This document shows, one piece after another, positions 35,160-47,620 of a DNA stretch of 63,857 nt. The position numbers were made by a program, and so were the translations under genes. The first letter of the stretch is position 1. Each line of letters begins with the position of its first letter. Source of the DNA: Psammoneis japonica (lineage: Eukaryota); NCBI GenBank assembly GCA_008632985.1, contig QPGO01000030.1, positions 124,001 through 187,857 of the forward strand, in the 5' to 3' direction. The notes beneath the pieces were generated by a model. It saw nothing but the letters and a program-made list of their open reading frames with translations, ran no database searches and had not been told where the DNA came from.

Positions 35160-36829
35160 TTATGCAATAACAGAAACGAATTGTTCATCGAATGGCCTTT
35201 CCTCCTCCAATGGCATCATTGGCTCACTCACTGGATACAGCAGACACTGCGCATTCCAACCAAAGTAAAACAGCTGAAGCAATATCTCTACAATGATACA
35301 GAACACCTTGGCCGCAGAGAACTCCATTCCTTGACGAAGATCACCAAAGAATCCTCCTCCCGGCGCTGATAGCGAGTATGCGTTCACACCCCAAATAACT
35401 ACGGCACCGCCCAGTAGTAAGCACTTCTCCCACCCCCTTGCAGCAAACTTTCCCATGTAGGCCTCACTGCAGTTGTATTTGATAAGCGGGGTGAACGCAA
35501 ACGGAAGTAGGATACTCAATGAACTGTTGACAATGTTCACCATCCTGTTCAAATGCTGCGGGAAGGCGGCGCTTACAATGATGCTCGGCGTAATGGCAAC
35601 CAATCTCGACATCACTGCTCGAACCGATGTTGGTAAGCGAATATCGAGAAACCCGTCCATAACATATTGTCCCGTGAATGTTGTTGTGATTGCACTCGAT
35701 TGCCCAGCCGCAAGAAGTGCAATGCCCCATAGGGCGCATCCTCCTTTAAGGCTGGAGAAATACTGACAGAAATTTGTGATGCCCACATTTTTTTCATCTG
35801 GTGTTCCATTGACACTTTCCGCCGCAATCGCGACGACTGCCATGTTGACAAAGAAAGAAACAATAATGGGTACGATCGGTTCAAGGGAACACCATTTTAC
35901 TGCCTGGCGTACAATGTGCTCCTCCCGCTTTACTCTTCTGGATTGACAAGCTGCCGTGTGCAAATAGAGGTTGTGAGGAGTTACTACCGATCCTAGTAGC
36001 CCAGTGATTGAAAAGATGTCTTCCTGTGTCACTTGGGTGAAACCGGCAAACCATCCCTTGAACAACTCCGCCGTGTTGACGCCGACAAAGGACATTTCCA
36101 CAAGTAGCGCGACTGACATGATTGACACAAAGATAAATATAATCATCTCCAACACCTGCATTCCCAGACTCAATGAAGCCAGAAAAATCATCGTGGTTAC
36201 GAGGGACAGGATAACTCCGGCATAGTACGGCCATCCAAAGAAAATGTTGAGAGCTACACCGATGCCGATTACCACTGGAAGGTCGTTGCAAATGGTGCTC
36301 AATTCGGCAATAGCCCAATTCACATATCGCACCAGTCGAGAACTTCTGTCCCGGGCCTGCGCCTCTGCAAGTGTTACTTGTCCGTAGTAGGCAAGACGTA
36401 CGCAAAGGATCTGAACGTAAACAGAAAGTAGAGTTGTCCACCAGACGGCAAAGAGTAGGTTGTACCTGGATTTTGCACCAGCCTGAATGTCAGCTTGGTC
36501 TACAACGGCGAATCAAATATAAAATCAGGACGATGATCGTAGAACAATAAACAGAAAAACAAGAAAACAGCGAAACTCACAGTTTCCAGGGTCGACATAT
36601 GCGATCGAAACAAACCAGCCTGGTCCCACGAAATAGAGAAAGTCCCGCCAAGAGTTTCCGGAAGGCTCCCATCGCGCAAACCCGGGCTCGTCACTCTCTT
36701 CCTTGTCTAGCGGAGCGCTTTCTTCCACAAACACCCCTTCGTTCTTGGTTACGATATATTAGATTTTTCGCTTTGACGTGTCGGAGCACGAAAAATTGCA
36801 GAGAAGAAATTCCGCAGATGAGCCGTCAT
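35160..36829 (-). CDS. NRAMP/SLC11 metal transporter (5' end unresolved)
   Basis: GPGWFVSIAYVDPGN, intron 36580-36500, then YQADIQAG; GSVVTPHNLYLH; LLAAGQSSAITTTFTGQYVMDGF. An in-frame stop near 36755 means the first exon and start codon are uncertain. Confidence 0.9.
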
Positions 36830-37996
36830 TGTCTGGATTCTGGATCTAGTCGATGGAGTGAATATTGGAACCAAGGAGCTTCCCGAAGTGTGTTTTCAGT
36901 TACGACTAGGCCTTCTCGTAGAAGTACTATGCATAGGCGCACTGGTAGAATGTACCGTAGGTTCAGTGAGAAGAAGTATTAGTGTGAACCGTGTGAAGTG
37001 TGGAAGTTGGAAAGTGTGAAGCCGAGACACTCGGGTCATCAACGTCTTGGATCTCCTCACTAAAACTATTAAGCCCCGGTCATTCTACGGTCATTATCAA
37101 AATTTCAAAAAAAAAAAACGGCCGCTGCCGCCCCGACGTCCCCACTCGACATACATTCGACAAGTCGACAAGCAACTCAGCCGACGACTCGACCCGCTGG
37201 ATGGAAACGCAACAACTGGCATTATCTTGAAGCTGTTCCTTTGCGCTTACCATGTTCGAGAGTTGGAGAAGGAATTGGACTCCCTGAAGATAGAAAAGAA
37301 GAAAGGTGCAAACAGGAGAAGCAACGGCACGCTGTATGTCTTTGTTACCAAATGCACATGAACCAGGGCCCTACCAGTCCATAACACTGGTCCATACAGT
37401 AATGTAGCTTGAGCCGATTGGTGAGTGCAAGCGGAGACACATCGCCAAAACCACAACAGGAGGATGCAATAATCGACGAGACTACCATTGATCTTCATTG
37501 CGACAACAGAATGAAGACTAGGCCGAAGCCCATTGTGCCTTGGATCCCTTCCCACCAGTTTGACGGCGCGATGAAGCGGTTGTTGCCACGCCGAAAGTGC
37601 TGCACTCTGCTCTCGTCATTTGTCGCACATTGAACCAGGCACATACTGCAGTGATAAAAATAATAGAAGGCTTTTGAGTTGAGTTGTTGTCAAAGAAGGG
37701 GCACTTGTTCCTTCGCGCACAATTTTGAAAATTGATGACACGACTCCGTCAGCCCGATTCCTGACTATCTAGATTAGAGGCTACCGGTAGTAAGGCAGGG
37801 TAACGATGATATGGTAACATAACAGTGGCCACACCTGCTGCGATATAACAGCAGAAGTGGTACAAGATATTACATGATTGCACTCGCTAGACTACTACGA
37901 GGCATCGTCTTGTTAAGAAGATCTATGTATAGCTTTAACAACCAGTTCTCTCCACAAATTGACAGTGGCAAGAGTGAAAGGAAGGACCACAAATAA

Positions 37997-39980
37997 CTAG
38001 TTAACTTTTGGATCGGTCCTTCCAAACTCCAGGTCCCATTCATCGATATCCTCCAAACGCATGGACATTGAGAAGTCCATGGAAAGCGAATAGTCATACG
38101 ACATTGAAAACTGTGGCGTGCTTCCCACAACGGTAACCTTACCAGAACAAACGTCGCTGAGGGAATAGGCATCCGTCACACGAAGGTTGTACCTGTGCGT
38201 CCCCACGCTATTAAAGCACAACCTTGTGGGAGAGAACTCCAAAGATAGGAAGCTATCGTCGGTAGATCTTTTTCCTAGTTCTGAGCCCCGAATGCAAACC
38301 TCGCTTCCAGAACTATCCACCTTAAGGGTCACAGAGTCACAACGCGCGACAGGTGGCTCGTTCACTTTAACCGTGACGCGGGCAATTGCGGGGTCTGAAA
38401 AAATAATGTCATTGACTTGAACAAGTACCGTACGAGAATCAAAATAGCCGGTGACACCGTATTCTCCACCGTCATCCAACTTTGCATCCAAACAGGATCT
38501 GGCGGGAGGGTTTCTGAATTGGCTTGTCACGAGAACTCTATCTGGTGCTTCTTGTGTGCCAGAATTTATTCCATCCGCACGGTTAAATGCCACATAGTGG
38601 TCATCATTGAAACCGTCAGTTTCAATCTTGAGCACAACGGTCTTGCCTCTGGACTCTTCGTAGTCAGAGACACCAACAAATTCTCCGTTCCATGTGCCTC
38701 GGCCACTGAAGGTTCTATGGGCATCCTCGTACCACCCCAACTGCCAGCTTTTTGGCCCATTGAAGCACATGCGCGGAAAGTCATCCGATAGATAGGAGAA
38801 CCCCATTAGACCTGTCTGGTCTCGGTATTCAAATCCATTTTCATTGGAGTGATGCAGATTTAGGTTGTGACCTGCAATCAAAGTGTGCGACGAAAGATAG
38901 GAACGGGTGAGCAGCAATCGCATCGAGAAACAAAAAAAGAGAGAGAAACATAAAGCTTGTCGTGACCTAATTCATGCATGTGGCCCGATGGAAACAAACA
39001 CCATCCGTCACTGTAAACCGACAAATATCTACTGAAGTAAGCATATGCTGTAAAGTCTCTTGTCGGCAGACAGTACATAACAAAATCAATACCGGCTCTG
39101 ATGTACCAGGATGCTCCCAACTCTTCGTTCAGTTGGTTAGTCACTGCGTTCTGTATAGAATATCTATTCATTCCATCGGCATTGATAGGAATCGTTGTTT
39201 CGTACACTCCTTCTGTAATACTCATTCCGTTGATAATTCCTTCAAAAGGGGAGATGGTAAACTGTCCATAGGAACACGCATCAAACTGCGTAACCATGTT
39301 GAATGGATCAAAGCCGCCGATTCCAAAGATTTCTCTACTCATGGTCCGCGGGGAGTGAGAGGATTGAATATCACTCGCCTTGACTCGAATAGCCAAAACT
39401 TTTTTATTCCCAAAAGAAGTGGGAGGCTCCGGAAAGAGAAACTGGGATTTGGGCGCCTCATTATTTTCTTCATTTGCCGCACTCAATGTTTCGTCGGATG
39501 AGCTTGCCGATGCTCAGAAAATGACACTGGCGACGGGCCAGGAGGTGGAGGAGGAGGCGACGGCGAGGGAGGCGAGGGAGGAGGCACACCAACAAAATCA
39601 AGTACGGGATCTGAACCGGGCGGAATAACAATGATATTTTCTCCTTGTTCCACATAATAACCATCAGCGAACAAAGTAGTGGAGCCATCCACGACCAGGG
39701 CCTCTTGCTCTGGCGTCAGCTCCAGGCCTTGCACAGGAAGAATTATTCCCATCATACCATTGGCATCACGGGGATCCAGCTCACAGAACCAGTATGGAAA
39801 TGTGGGTTCCTCATCCTCTTCTATCCCCACCCGCCCCAAGAGACAAGGGAAATCTAGTGTTTGACGTTGTTGTAGCTTTCGCCTGAGCCTTACGTGTTTG
39901 CTAGCCACAACAAACACTGACGAAGGAATGAATCCAAGCGCAGCGGCAATGAAGAACACAGGTCGCAGAGCACGAAACAT
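37997..39980 (-). CDS. Secreted peptidase M11 (gametolysin-like) metalloprotease with C-terminal HYR/Ig-like domain
   Basis: Signal peptide and RRKLQ propeptide-like motif; HMHEL-G|HNLNLHHS across intron 38966-38872; EY.DQTGLMG, CFNGPKSWQLGWY. A frame change near 39500 needs an intron (39527-39442) or is a frameshift. Confidence 0.85.
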
Positions 39981-40304
39981 GATAACCAAGCGTTTTTGTG
40001 GAATGAAATGGCCTTCCTTGTACGAGATACGAGAATATTATGTAGGGCCCTAGGATCCGACCGTGAATCGGGAATCGGGCGGTTGGCGGTTGTGTTCGTG
40101 AGCAGATCTAATTTTGCATTTCAAAATTTATGTACGTATACGACTTTTATTATGTTCGATCCCACTAAATGTCGGTTTATTGGCTCTAATTTATATATAT
40201 AAATAAACTTGAGGATTACGTATTTTAATTTTAATTTTTATAAAAAATTGTCATAGAAATTTGCTACTTTTAATTATGACAATTGTTAGGTGCAGTATTT
40301 CGTA

Positions 40305-40410
40305 GTAAGACCGTCTTAAGACCGTCTTAAGACCGAAATATATAAAGGATGTATATAATTCAATACTCTTTTAAGACGGTCTTAAGACGATCTTAAGACG
40401 GTCTTAAGAC
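40305..40410. repeat. Inverted array of 11-bp units built on the palindrome GTCTTAAGAC, within an AT-rich island
   Basis: Left arm TAAGACCG TCTTAAGACCG TCTTAAGACCG; right arm TTAAGACGG TCTTAAGACGA TCTTAAGACGG TCTTAAGAC; AT-rich spacer of ~35 bp. Confidence 0.9.
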
Positions 40411-40747
40411 TTCAAGTTGACGTCAGTTTTCTAAAATTTGTACATAGAGATTTACGTCAGTGAAGAAAAATTTAAAGAATATTTCATGAAAGAGGCTGAA
40501 GAAGAATTATTTTACTGTACTTGTACGTGTGACTTACTGTACTGTTACATAACACTAAAGCTTTCAAAAATTTGAATTTATGTCTCAACGCCAATTGATT
40601 TTGTCCTGAGGACGAACTTCAACCTCACGAACGCGCGCGTTCGTTGCGGGCGGCGGATTGCGGACCGCCATGGGCAATCCACTATCTACTTTATCATACC
40701 GGTACATACCGTACCGGTAGTTGTTGGTTTGAAGATACTAACGGTGT

Positions 40748-43114
40748 ATGATTGGCTGTTACACAAGGTTAGGGAGACACAGACTACTGCTAACTGGACT
40801 TTTGTGTGCTAACTCTGCGCTCTTCAGCGGGGCGTTTGTACGGTCATCTGCAAAACAGCAGCGGAGTATCGCAAGCGCATCGTCATCATTGTTCCTGAGA
40901 AAGAAATCCGCTGAAAAGGAAATGTCGCATCGAGGCGGTGGTGGTCGAGGTCGTGGCGAGTACTATAAGAACAAATATGGAGGAGGAGGAGGTCGCCGTG
41001 GTAGAGGTGGTGGTGGTCGATCTTCTGGTGGTAGCAGTAACAACACAGGCCCCGGCGGTGGCTCGTATTCTGACTTGAAGCGACTCCTTACACAGATTGA
41101 TGGTCGACAATACCCAACATACCATGATTTGGAAACTGTACCGTCAAGAGGATGGATGAATGAACATGCGGGTTTCTCCTTGTTTGTTGGTAGGACTCAA
41201 TCAGATCCTTTTGCGCCTCCGACACGCTGTCGAGTGATGGTGTCTGCAGCTACCGCTCGGTTCCCACCAGGGCTATATTCCAACAAAATTCGATCCATTG
41301 CATTGACCGACTATTTACAACGAACCTTATTTGCTACTTGCCAAGCCATGGGAGCAGATGCCTCACTTGGCGGTAAGTCGTGGTCGGGCCCAAAGGGAGG
41401 GGATGTTCAAATTGCAGAGCCTTGTCAGCACGTCCTGGAACAAAGTGCCGTGACCGTAAACACGCAGACGGGAGATGTATGTGCTCAAGTTACGATTAAT
41501 TTGCCTGCTCGCGGGCGTACTATACTGGGAAGAGCCGCAGAAGAGATCTTTGGCCGCGTTCTGGAAACGCTAGTGTCCAAGAGCTTGAGGTATGAGGCCC
41601 TGGACGCGACAAGACTTCAACAGCACGTCGATTCTGTGGAGGATCAGGTGTGGTTACAAAGTCAGTTGGACTCTCGGGACCTTGTTGCCTTTGTAAGAAA
41701 TGGCGCAATTTTGCCTCGAGCATCGGGTGTCGATGATCGACCCATGTCACACTCTGCGATTCCATTTCAGTCGCCCCCATCTCTCGAGATTAGCTTTACG
41801 CTTCCCAATACCAAAACCGTCGTTACGGGAATGGGCATTCCGCGTGGTGTCACTCTGATTTGCGGTGGAGGTTTCCATGGGAAATCAACACTTTTGGCGG
41901 CACTGCAAGTTGGGATCTATCCCAAGATTCCTGGAGATGGTCGCGAGTTTTGTGTCACAAACGACAAGGCTGTCAAAATCCGATCCGAAGATGGACGGTG
42001 TGTCACCGCTGTGGATATTTCTCCTTTTATTTCAAATCTACCCTTTGGTAAGGACACGACATGCTTTAGCACTCCGGATGCTAGTGGAAGCACCAGTCAG
42101 GCAAGCAACATTGTTGAGGTAAGTGAGTGATACAGGAATCTATCCACTCGAAGTTGAGGACGGCGCAATTGTATATTTGCCGTCTAGCCCCGTCTTTTGC
42201 ACGCTCCCGTTGGCTATTGCGGTGCGTTTATGCGCCAAAATTATCTCCTTATGGTCTTGCTAATTTATGTTCTGCTTTCTCCATTGCTGTTTGTGTAATG
42301 GAGAAATTTGCATCTTCGAGCAAACACACATCTCGCTCAATCGTTTTCATCTCTGGAGAATGGGTGGACAACTGACTAACTTTGTGTCTCCTCGGCGTTT
42401 TTGCAGGCTGTTGAAATGGGAGCAACTTCCTTGCTTGTTGATGAAGATACGTGTGCCACAAACTTTATGATTCGAGATGACAAAATGATGCAGCTTGTCG
42501 CGACCGAGAAGGAACCGATTACGCCATTTGTTCGCAAAGTGCGGTCTCTGTACGAGGATCGCCAGATATCGTCAATTCTTGTGATTGGAGGTTCTGGTGA
42601 TTACTTTGATGTTGCCGATGTAGTCGTCATGATGGATTGTTACAAGTGTGTTGATGTGACGGAACGTGCCAAGAAAATCGCCGAGAGTGCAGGTCAAGCC
42701 ATCGGGATCCAACACAATGCTGCCCTGTCTGTGCCGTTTGGAGATGTAAAAGCACGATATCCCAATTGCGATGTGTTTCGTGCGAACGGAAAAGTCTCTG
42801 TTCGGTCGAAAAGCATTGTTGCATACGGAGAGGTGGAACTAGATCTATCGGGCTTGGAGCAAATCGTTTGCAAGTCACAAGCTAACTCAATATCTCTTGC
42901 CCTGCAAAAGCTCGCAAGCATGAAAGCACCGAGTGATGCAACATTGCCGTCTACATTGTCAATTCTGCAAGATATGCTTGACCGTGACGGATTGGAAGCA
43001 CTGGCACCAGGCCAGTTCAATGGATCACTTGTCCGGCCTCGCTTATTAGAGATTGCCGGGGCCGTCAACAGATTGAGGAAGGAGGGAACCATTCATCAAA
43101 AAGGCACGAATTGA
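40748..43114 (+). CDS. ABC-class ATPase (ABC_ATPase / MRB1590-like) with N-terminal RGG tract
   Basis: Exon 40748-42118, intron 42119-42406, exon 42407-43114; QSDPFAPP, LPARGRTI, GGGFHGKSTLL, DASGSTSQA, LLVDEDTCATNFMIRD, EPITPF, GGSGDYF. Confidence 0.9.
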
Positions 43115-43234
43115 TAAGGACTATAGGAGTTTTCTAGCTGGCGATATCACCAGTACGGATTGATGGATTTAACTATCAATCTGTTCCCGGATGACGCTCT
43201 AGCTGATTTTACCATAGATGTATTAACCGGAGTC

Positions 43235-45115
43235 TCAACAGAATCGAGGTGGAGAGTCTGTGCGCACAAAATGGGATTCTCTTGCATCGAAGAATTCGGT
43301 CTGTGACGATTCCCGCTGGAGCTTTTCAATGACAGCATCTCGTTGCTGTACCTGTGACTGCAGTTCCTGCAGCGCTACACGATTCTCGTGATCCAATGAT
43401 GCGAGATTGTTCTTTTGATCAATCTCGAGTCGCTTTTTCTCTGTCTTTAAGTCGACAATATTGCTCTGGAGAGATCCAACCATGTTCTCATAAAAGCGAG
43501 TGACTGTCGAAAGACGATTTCGCAGTTCATCGGCGGACATGGATGAATCAGATACTTGTGAGTCTGGTGACGGCGACTGAAGGCTTTTTGATTCAGGCTT
43601 AAAGTCGAGTTGCGATTTCTCGCTTTCCAATTTCGGGACATTCGGACTGTCAGTTTTTCGCGAACTCTGCTTTTCTCGGTTGAGCTCATTCTTGTGTTGA
43701 CTAGTAGATCGTTTGGATGATTTACGTTTCTCAGAATCGCGTTGCCTTTGAAAGCTAAACAATCCACTGCGCTTGCTTGATTTTGATTCTCTTTTAACGC
43801 GCGGAACATCAAAAGGTTTTTGCTCAGAAACTACCACTTTCTTACGGCTGCTGTGTCCGTAGGGAGACCATTCCACTCTACTACTTCTTCCGGTTCCTCG
43901 AGGGTAGCCCGGCAATCCTGCACCTTCCCTCGTTAGCCCAGATCGACTGGATGGAGTAACTACACTCGGTTTCGAGTGAAGAGGTGACTTCTGTTTACTC
44001 AATGATGTCTTGGGTGACCAACGTTCTTCCTTATGATGCCGGGGAGAGCTGAAACTGGGCGTCTTGTGTGCTTGGCCTTGGCATCGATCCTCCCACTTTT
44101 CAATTCTGGTTCGCAGTGATTCCCGAGTTGGCGACGGCGTCAAATCTGCAGTGATGGAACTCAACGAGGAAGCATCCCCAGGCGAACCAGGTGGTTCAGG
44201 CGGTTGCGGTTGCGGTGTCTGCATTGCTTCAAGTGCCTTCACGTGTGCAATATACTTATCCAAGGCCGCTTTCGTCTGCACAGCGTCAGCTTCAAACAGG
44301 TCTCGTTCTTGCTCTGCCATGGCCAGTCGCCGCTTTTCCATCTTGAGCTCTAGATTGAGCTTTGCAGTTTCCTGAACCTTCAAATCCAGCTTTCTCTTGG
44401 TTCGGTCTAATTCGTCCTTTACCGTGTCCAGCTCGTCGAGCGCAATTGCGACTTCCATCTGGGCAGCCTGCTTACGAATCTCCTCCACAGCGTTGCGTGC
44501 ACCGTCCATGAGCGCCGGGTCTAACGAATCACAATCTTCATAACTAATCACGCTCAGGACTTCAACATCTGTCTTGTCTAGACACGGCCCAAACGAAACT
44601 GTGTATTTTCTCGGAAGGTCGCCCAGTTGACACGTTGTGTCGTCCTCCCCAACAGAACTTAAGCCTCCCCGACTTATTTGTTGTTCATATCGACCCCTAA
44701 TTTTCTTCTTGTAAGCACGATGCTTTTGACGCATCGATCGTATGGTTTCTCTCTGTGAGTGCACCAGATTCTTGAGCGCAATAATGGCTTGCAGCCGCTC
44801 TTCTGCTTCGCGAGCGTCAGACATGACGGGCTCTTCAAGAATAATCTCGTCGTCCTCTTCTTCTCCAACTTTTTCCTCCCAGTCCATTGAAAAGCCGCTA
44901 GTGCTATGGATGAATCTGTCAGAGTCTGTCGAAAACAAGGGAGGTTCTGACGAAGAGTGTTGCTGTTGCAAGGAAGAATCATCATTCATAGTATCATTCG
45001 AACAGAAAAAGCTGTTGCTGTGGGACTCCTCTTCATGTGCTTCGCTTGGAGGGATTTCACGTTTCGATTGAGAGTACCGAACGCTTCGCGAGATCCATTT
45101 TAATCCCGAACGCAT
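43235..45115 (-). CDS. Hypothetical coiled-coil protein with Ser/Pro/Lys-rich linker
   Basis: ORF of >620 codons with normal composition and heptad-like charged segments; first ATG is 45115. Confidence 0.75.
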   Translation of the reverse strand: MRSGLKWISRSVRYSQSKREIPPSEAHEEESHSNSFFCSNDTMNDDSSLQQQHSSSEPPLFSTDSDRFIHSTSGFSMDWEEKVGEEEDDEIILEEPVMSDAREAEERLQAIIALKNLVHSQRETIRSMRQKHRAYKKKIRGRYEQQISRGGLSSVGEDDTTCQLGDLPRKYTVSFGPCLDKTDVEVLSVISYEDCDSLDPALMDGARNAVEEIRKQAAQMEVAIALDELDTVKDELDRTKRKLDLKVQETAKLNLELKMEKRRLAMAEQERDLFEADAVQTKAALDKYIAHVKALEAMQTPQPQPPEPPGSPGDASSLSSITADLTPSPTRESLRTRIEKWEDRCQGQAHKTPSFSSPRHHKEERWSPKTSLSKQKSPLHSKPSVVTPSSRSGLTREGAGLPGYPRGTGRSSRVEWSPYGHSSRKKVVVSEQKPFDVPRVKRESKSSKRSGLFSFQRQRDSEKRKSSKRSTSQHKNELNREKQSSRKTDSPNVPKLESEKSQLDFKPESKSLQSPSPDSQVSDSSMSADELRNRLSTVTRFYENMVGSLQSNIVDLKTEKKRLEIDQKNNLASLDHENRVALQELQSQVQQRDAVIEKLQRESSQTEFFDARESHFVRTDSPPRFC

Positions 45116-45419
45116 CTTCACCGGTCCTTAACAAACTTCGGGTTTTGGTGGGAGAAGCAACACACATAACGTGCCGCCACTCCTCGTTGTGATTGATTGC
45201 AATGGGCAATGGCCTCGTGTCCCGTGTGTTTGTCCCGCGCAATCAGCGTGCGTTTTGGCCTTCGTCGACGGCGAGGCGCATCCTCTAAAGAATGCTGTAG
45301 TTTTCTACGAGCCGCGGTACAAAAGACGCCGGCCGGAGCGAGAGGAACGAATAGTAAAAAAGCATGAAAGACTGAATGTTCAAAATAATAAAAAAAGATA
45401 GAAGGAGGGGCACTTGCCC

Positions 45420-47620
45420 ACAGTTCATTTCCACAAGATCTTTTTTCAATCTCTTGTTGTTCAATGGTTTCAGATCCGGTTCAATTCAACAATGGATGAT
45501 GATGTGGCAAATGCTGGAATACTTGGTGTGAGGTGCTCCAAAACTTTGTGGCTGTGGTGGGCCTGGCAGATCCGGCGGCAATCTCACCAGCACAATTTCT
45601 CAATGGCTGTGCGGTGCTGGTGAAGCACACACCAAGCTCCAGCCAAACAATTGTGTGTCCCCCCATGTCAAGAGTTGTCTCACTGTGCTGGAGTCTACAG
45701 CTAGTGGCAAAGTGCATGGAAGGAACAGCCTCAAAGAACAAACTCCAAATGACCAAGCCCACACACTGCTCAGCCGATGCAGAGCCCAAATGAGTTCACA
45801 AAAGCAAACATGTTCTCTGACACATTGTGCTCAATTCTCCAGTTGTCAGAGCCCATGCTGACTTTCAGAAACTCTTTTTCTGAACAAGAGCAAACTTTTT
45901 CTGTTGGCTGTGAGCTCCTGTTGGTCTTGTTCTCCTTGTCCCATGCTGCGGTGGTTGACCCAACAGCTGCGCTCTAAATCAGCCACCAGTCTGTGTGTTT
46001 CTCCCTTTGACAATGGCACCTGGGGTGTTGCTGCTGCAGATGGGTGCCTTTTCATGGCCCTGCACAAGGGTGCAGTTCTTGCCAGTCTTTGCAGATGCTG
46101 GCAGCTCAGCAATTGTTTCAGCATGGTGAGCAGGCCAGCAGAGAAAGATCATGCAGAATGTCACCTTGTTGGTGCCCAAGATCTTGCTGAGTGGCAGCTG
46201 TCTGCCACCAGCCAACTCCATCTCAATTCAGCCATGGTCATCAAGAGTGCAAATCATTCAGAAAATGTGATGACTGCTGATGCTGTGCTCCACAGCTTTC
46301 TTCTTTCTTTGACAAAGGACAGCCAGAGTCTACAAGCACCCCTCAAAATTTGAGTCACACAGATCAATTGTGGCTCTTGTGAGAAGTGTGACTGCTGCTG
46401 AGTCATGGCAAAACCAGGCACATCTGGCTCTCTTCTGTGGCTCACTGTGAACATGATCAGCAGCAAAAGTTGCTGGGAGATGGAATGGCAGCGCACAATG
46501 CAACCTTTGTGGAGGTGTTGATTGAGCTCAACATTTTTCATGAACAACAATCAAACTGGATTTTTGTTCTTTTGTTGTTGTTGGACATGTCAAATGTCAA
46601 CATCTGTGTGAGGATGAAATGAGCTGCTGATGGGGAGGGGGAGCAACACTTGCTGGCCTGCCTTGAAAAATGATGAATCAGATTTTGCATTTGTTGAGTG
46701 CAGTGTGCAGTGAGCAGTGATTTGGCCACTTGAGTTGACAGCAGTGTGCTGTGCAGCTGACTGCCTTTGCATTTGTTTTCATCATGCAGGGGCAGGTGGT
46801 GGTGTGCACAAAGATGGACATGCTGGCTCAGAATTTTGTGCCAGACATGAGATGAGAAGCAGCATCTTGGATGCTTTTGCACTCACATCATGCATCTCAT
46901 CACTTCATTGTTGACATCAGTTGATGCCAGGCTCCCAGCCATTGTCCCAACCACAGCAGTGTGCTGCTGCAAAAGAACAGCTCATTCTTGGGGGCACCTC
47001 ACTTCCACAGTTTCTGTCATCATCAGAGCTGGCATGCTGGTGTGCACCACCTCTCTGCTGGCAGCCTGATTGCAGCATGCTCAGGTTAGCTTGGCCTCAC
47101 CAACTCCACATTCTGGCTTCCCAACAATGGCCAAGAGAGTTTCCGTCTGCTGGCAAGAGCAAGTGGACATGCAAAACCAGTGCTGCATCTTGGCAGCTGG
47201 TTTGCAGTGAAAGATTGCTTTCCGCTCATTGGCAATGATCAGTTTGACCCTGTCGTGCAGTTCTCAATCCCTTTCTCTCCACAATTCAATGTTTGTGCAG
47301 CCCAAGTGTCACAGTGAAGTGCCTCTTGTGACTTCCCTTCAGCTCTTCGTCCTCCAGCAACATGAATGTGGCATTCACTTGTTGCGGGGATGGCTGAAAC
47401 AGGCTGCTGGCACTGTGCGCACAGGTGGTCATCATCTTTGATGCTGTGCTCGTGTGACATGGTGACACCGCCATTTTTGACAGCGCGATTTTCAGCTGCC
47501 TTGAGTGGGCCAAGTCCCAACTTTTATGACCTAAAGTTACTTTACATCCATCACCTGCCAACCAGCACTGACTCTTACCCATGGCATGCCCACTCATGCA
47601 GCAGCTTTCCTGTTTCTAGC
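45420..47620. repeat. Decayed repeat block 5 (class unresolved)
   Basis: TA/CG-depleted, TG/CA-rich; no motif I could assign confidently. Confidence 0.7.

Noticed and set aside
36980..37650. Short ORFs between the NRAMP and M11 genes
   Set aside because: Non-ATG starts and no recognisable motifs. A small spliced gene cannot be excluded but is unsupported.
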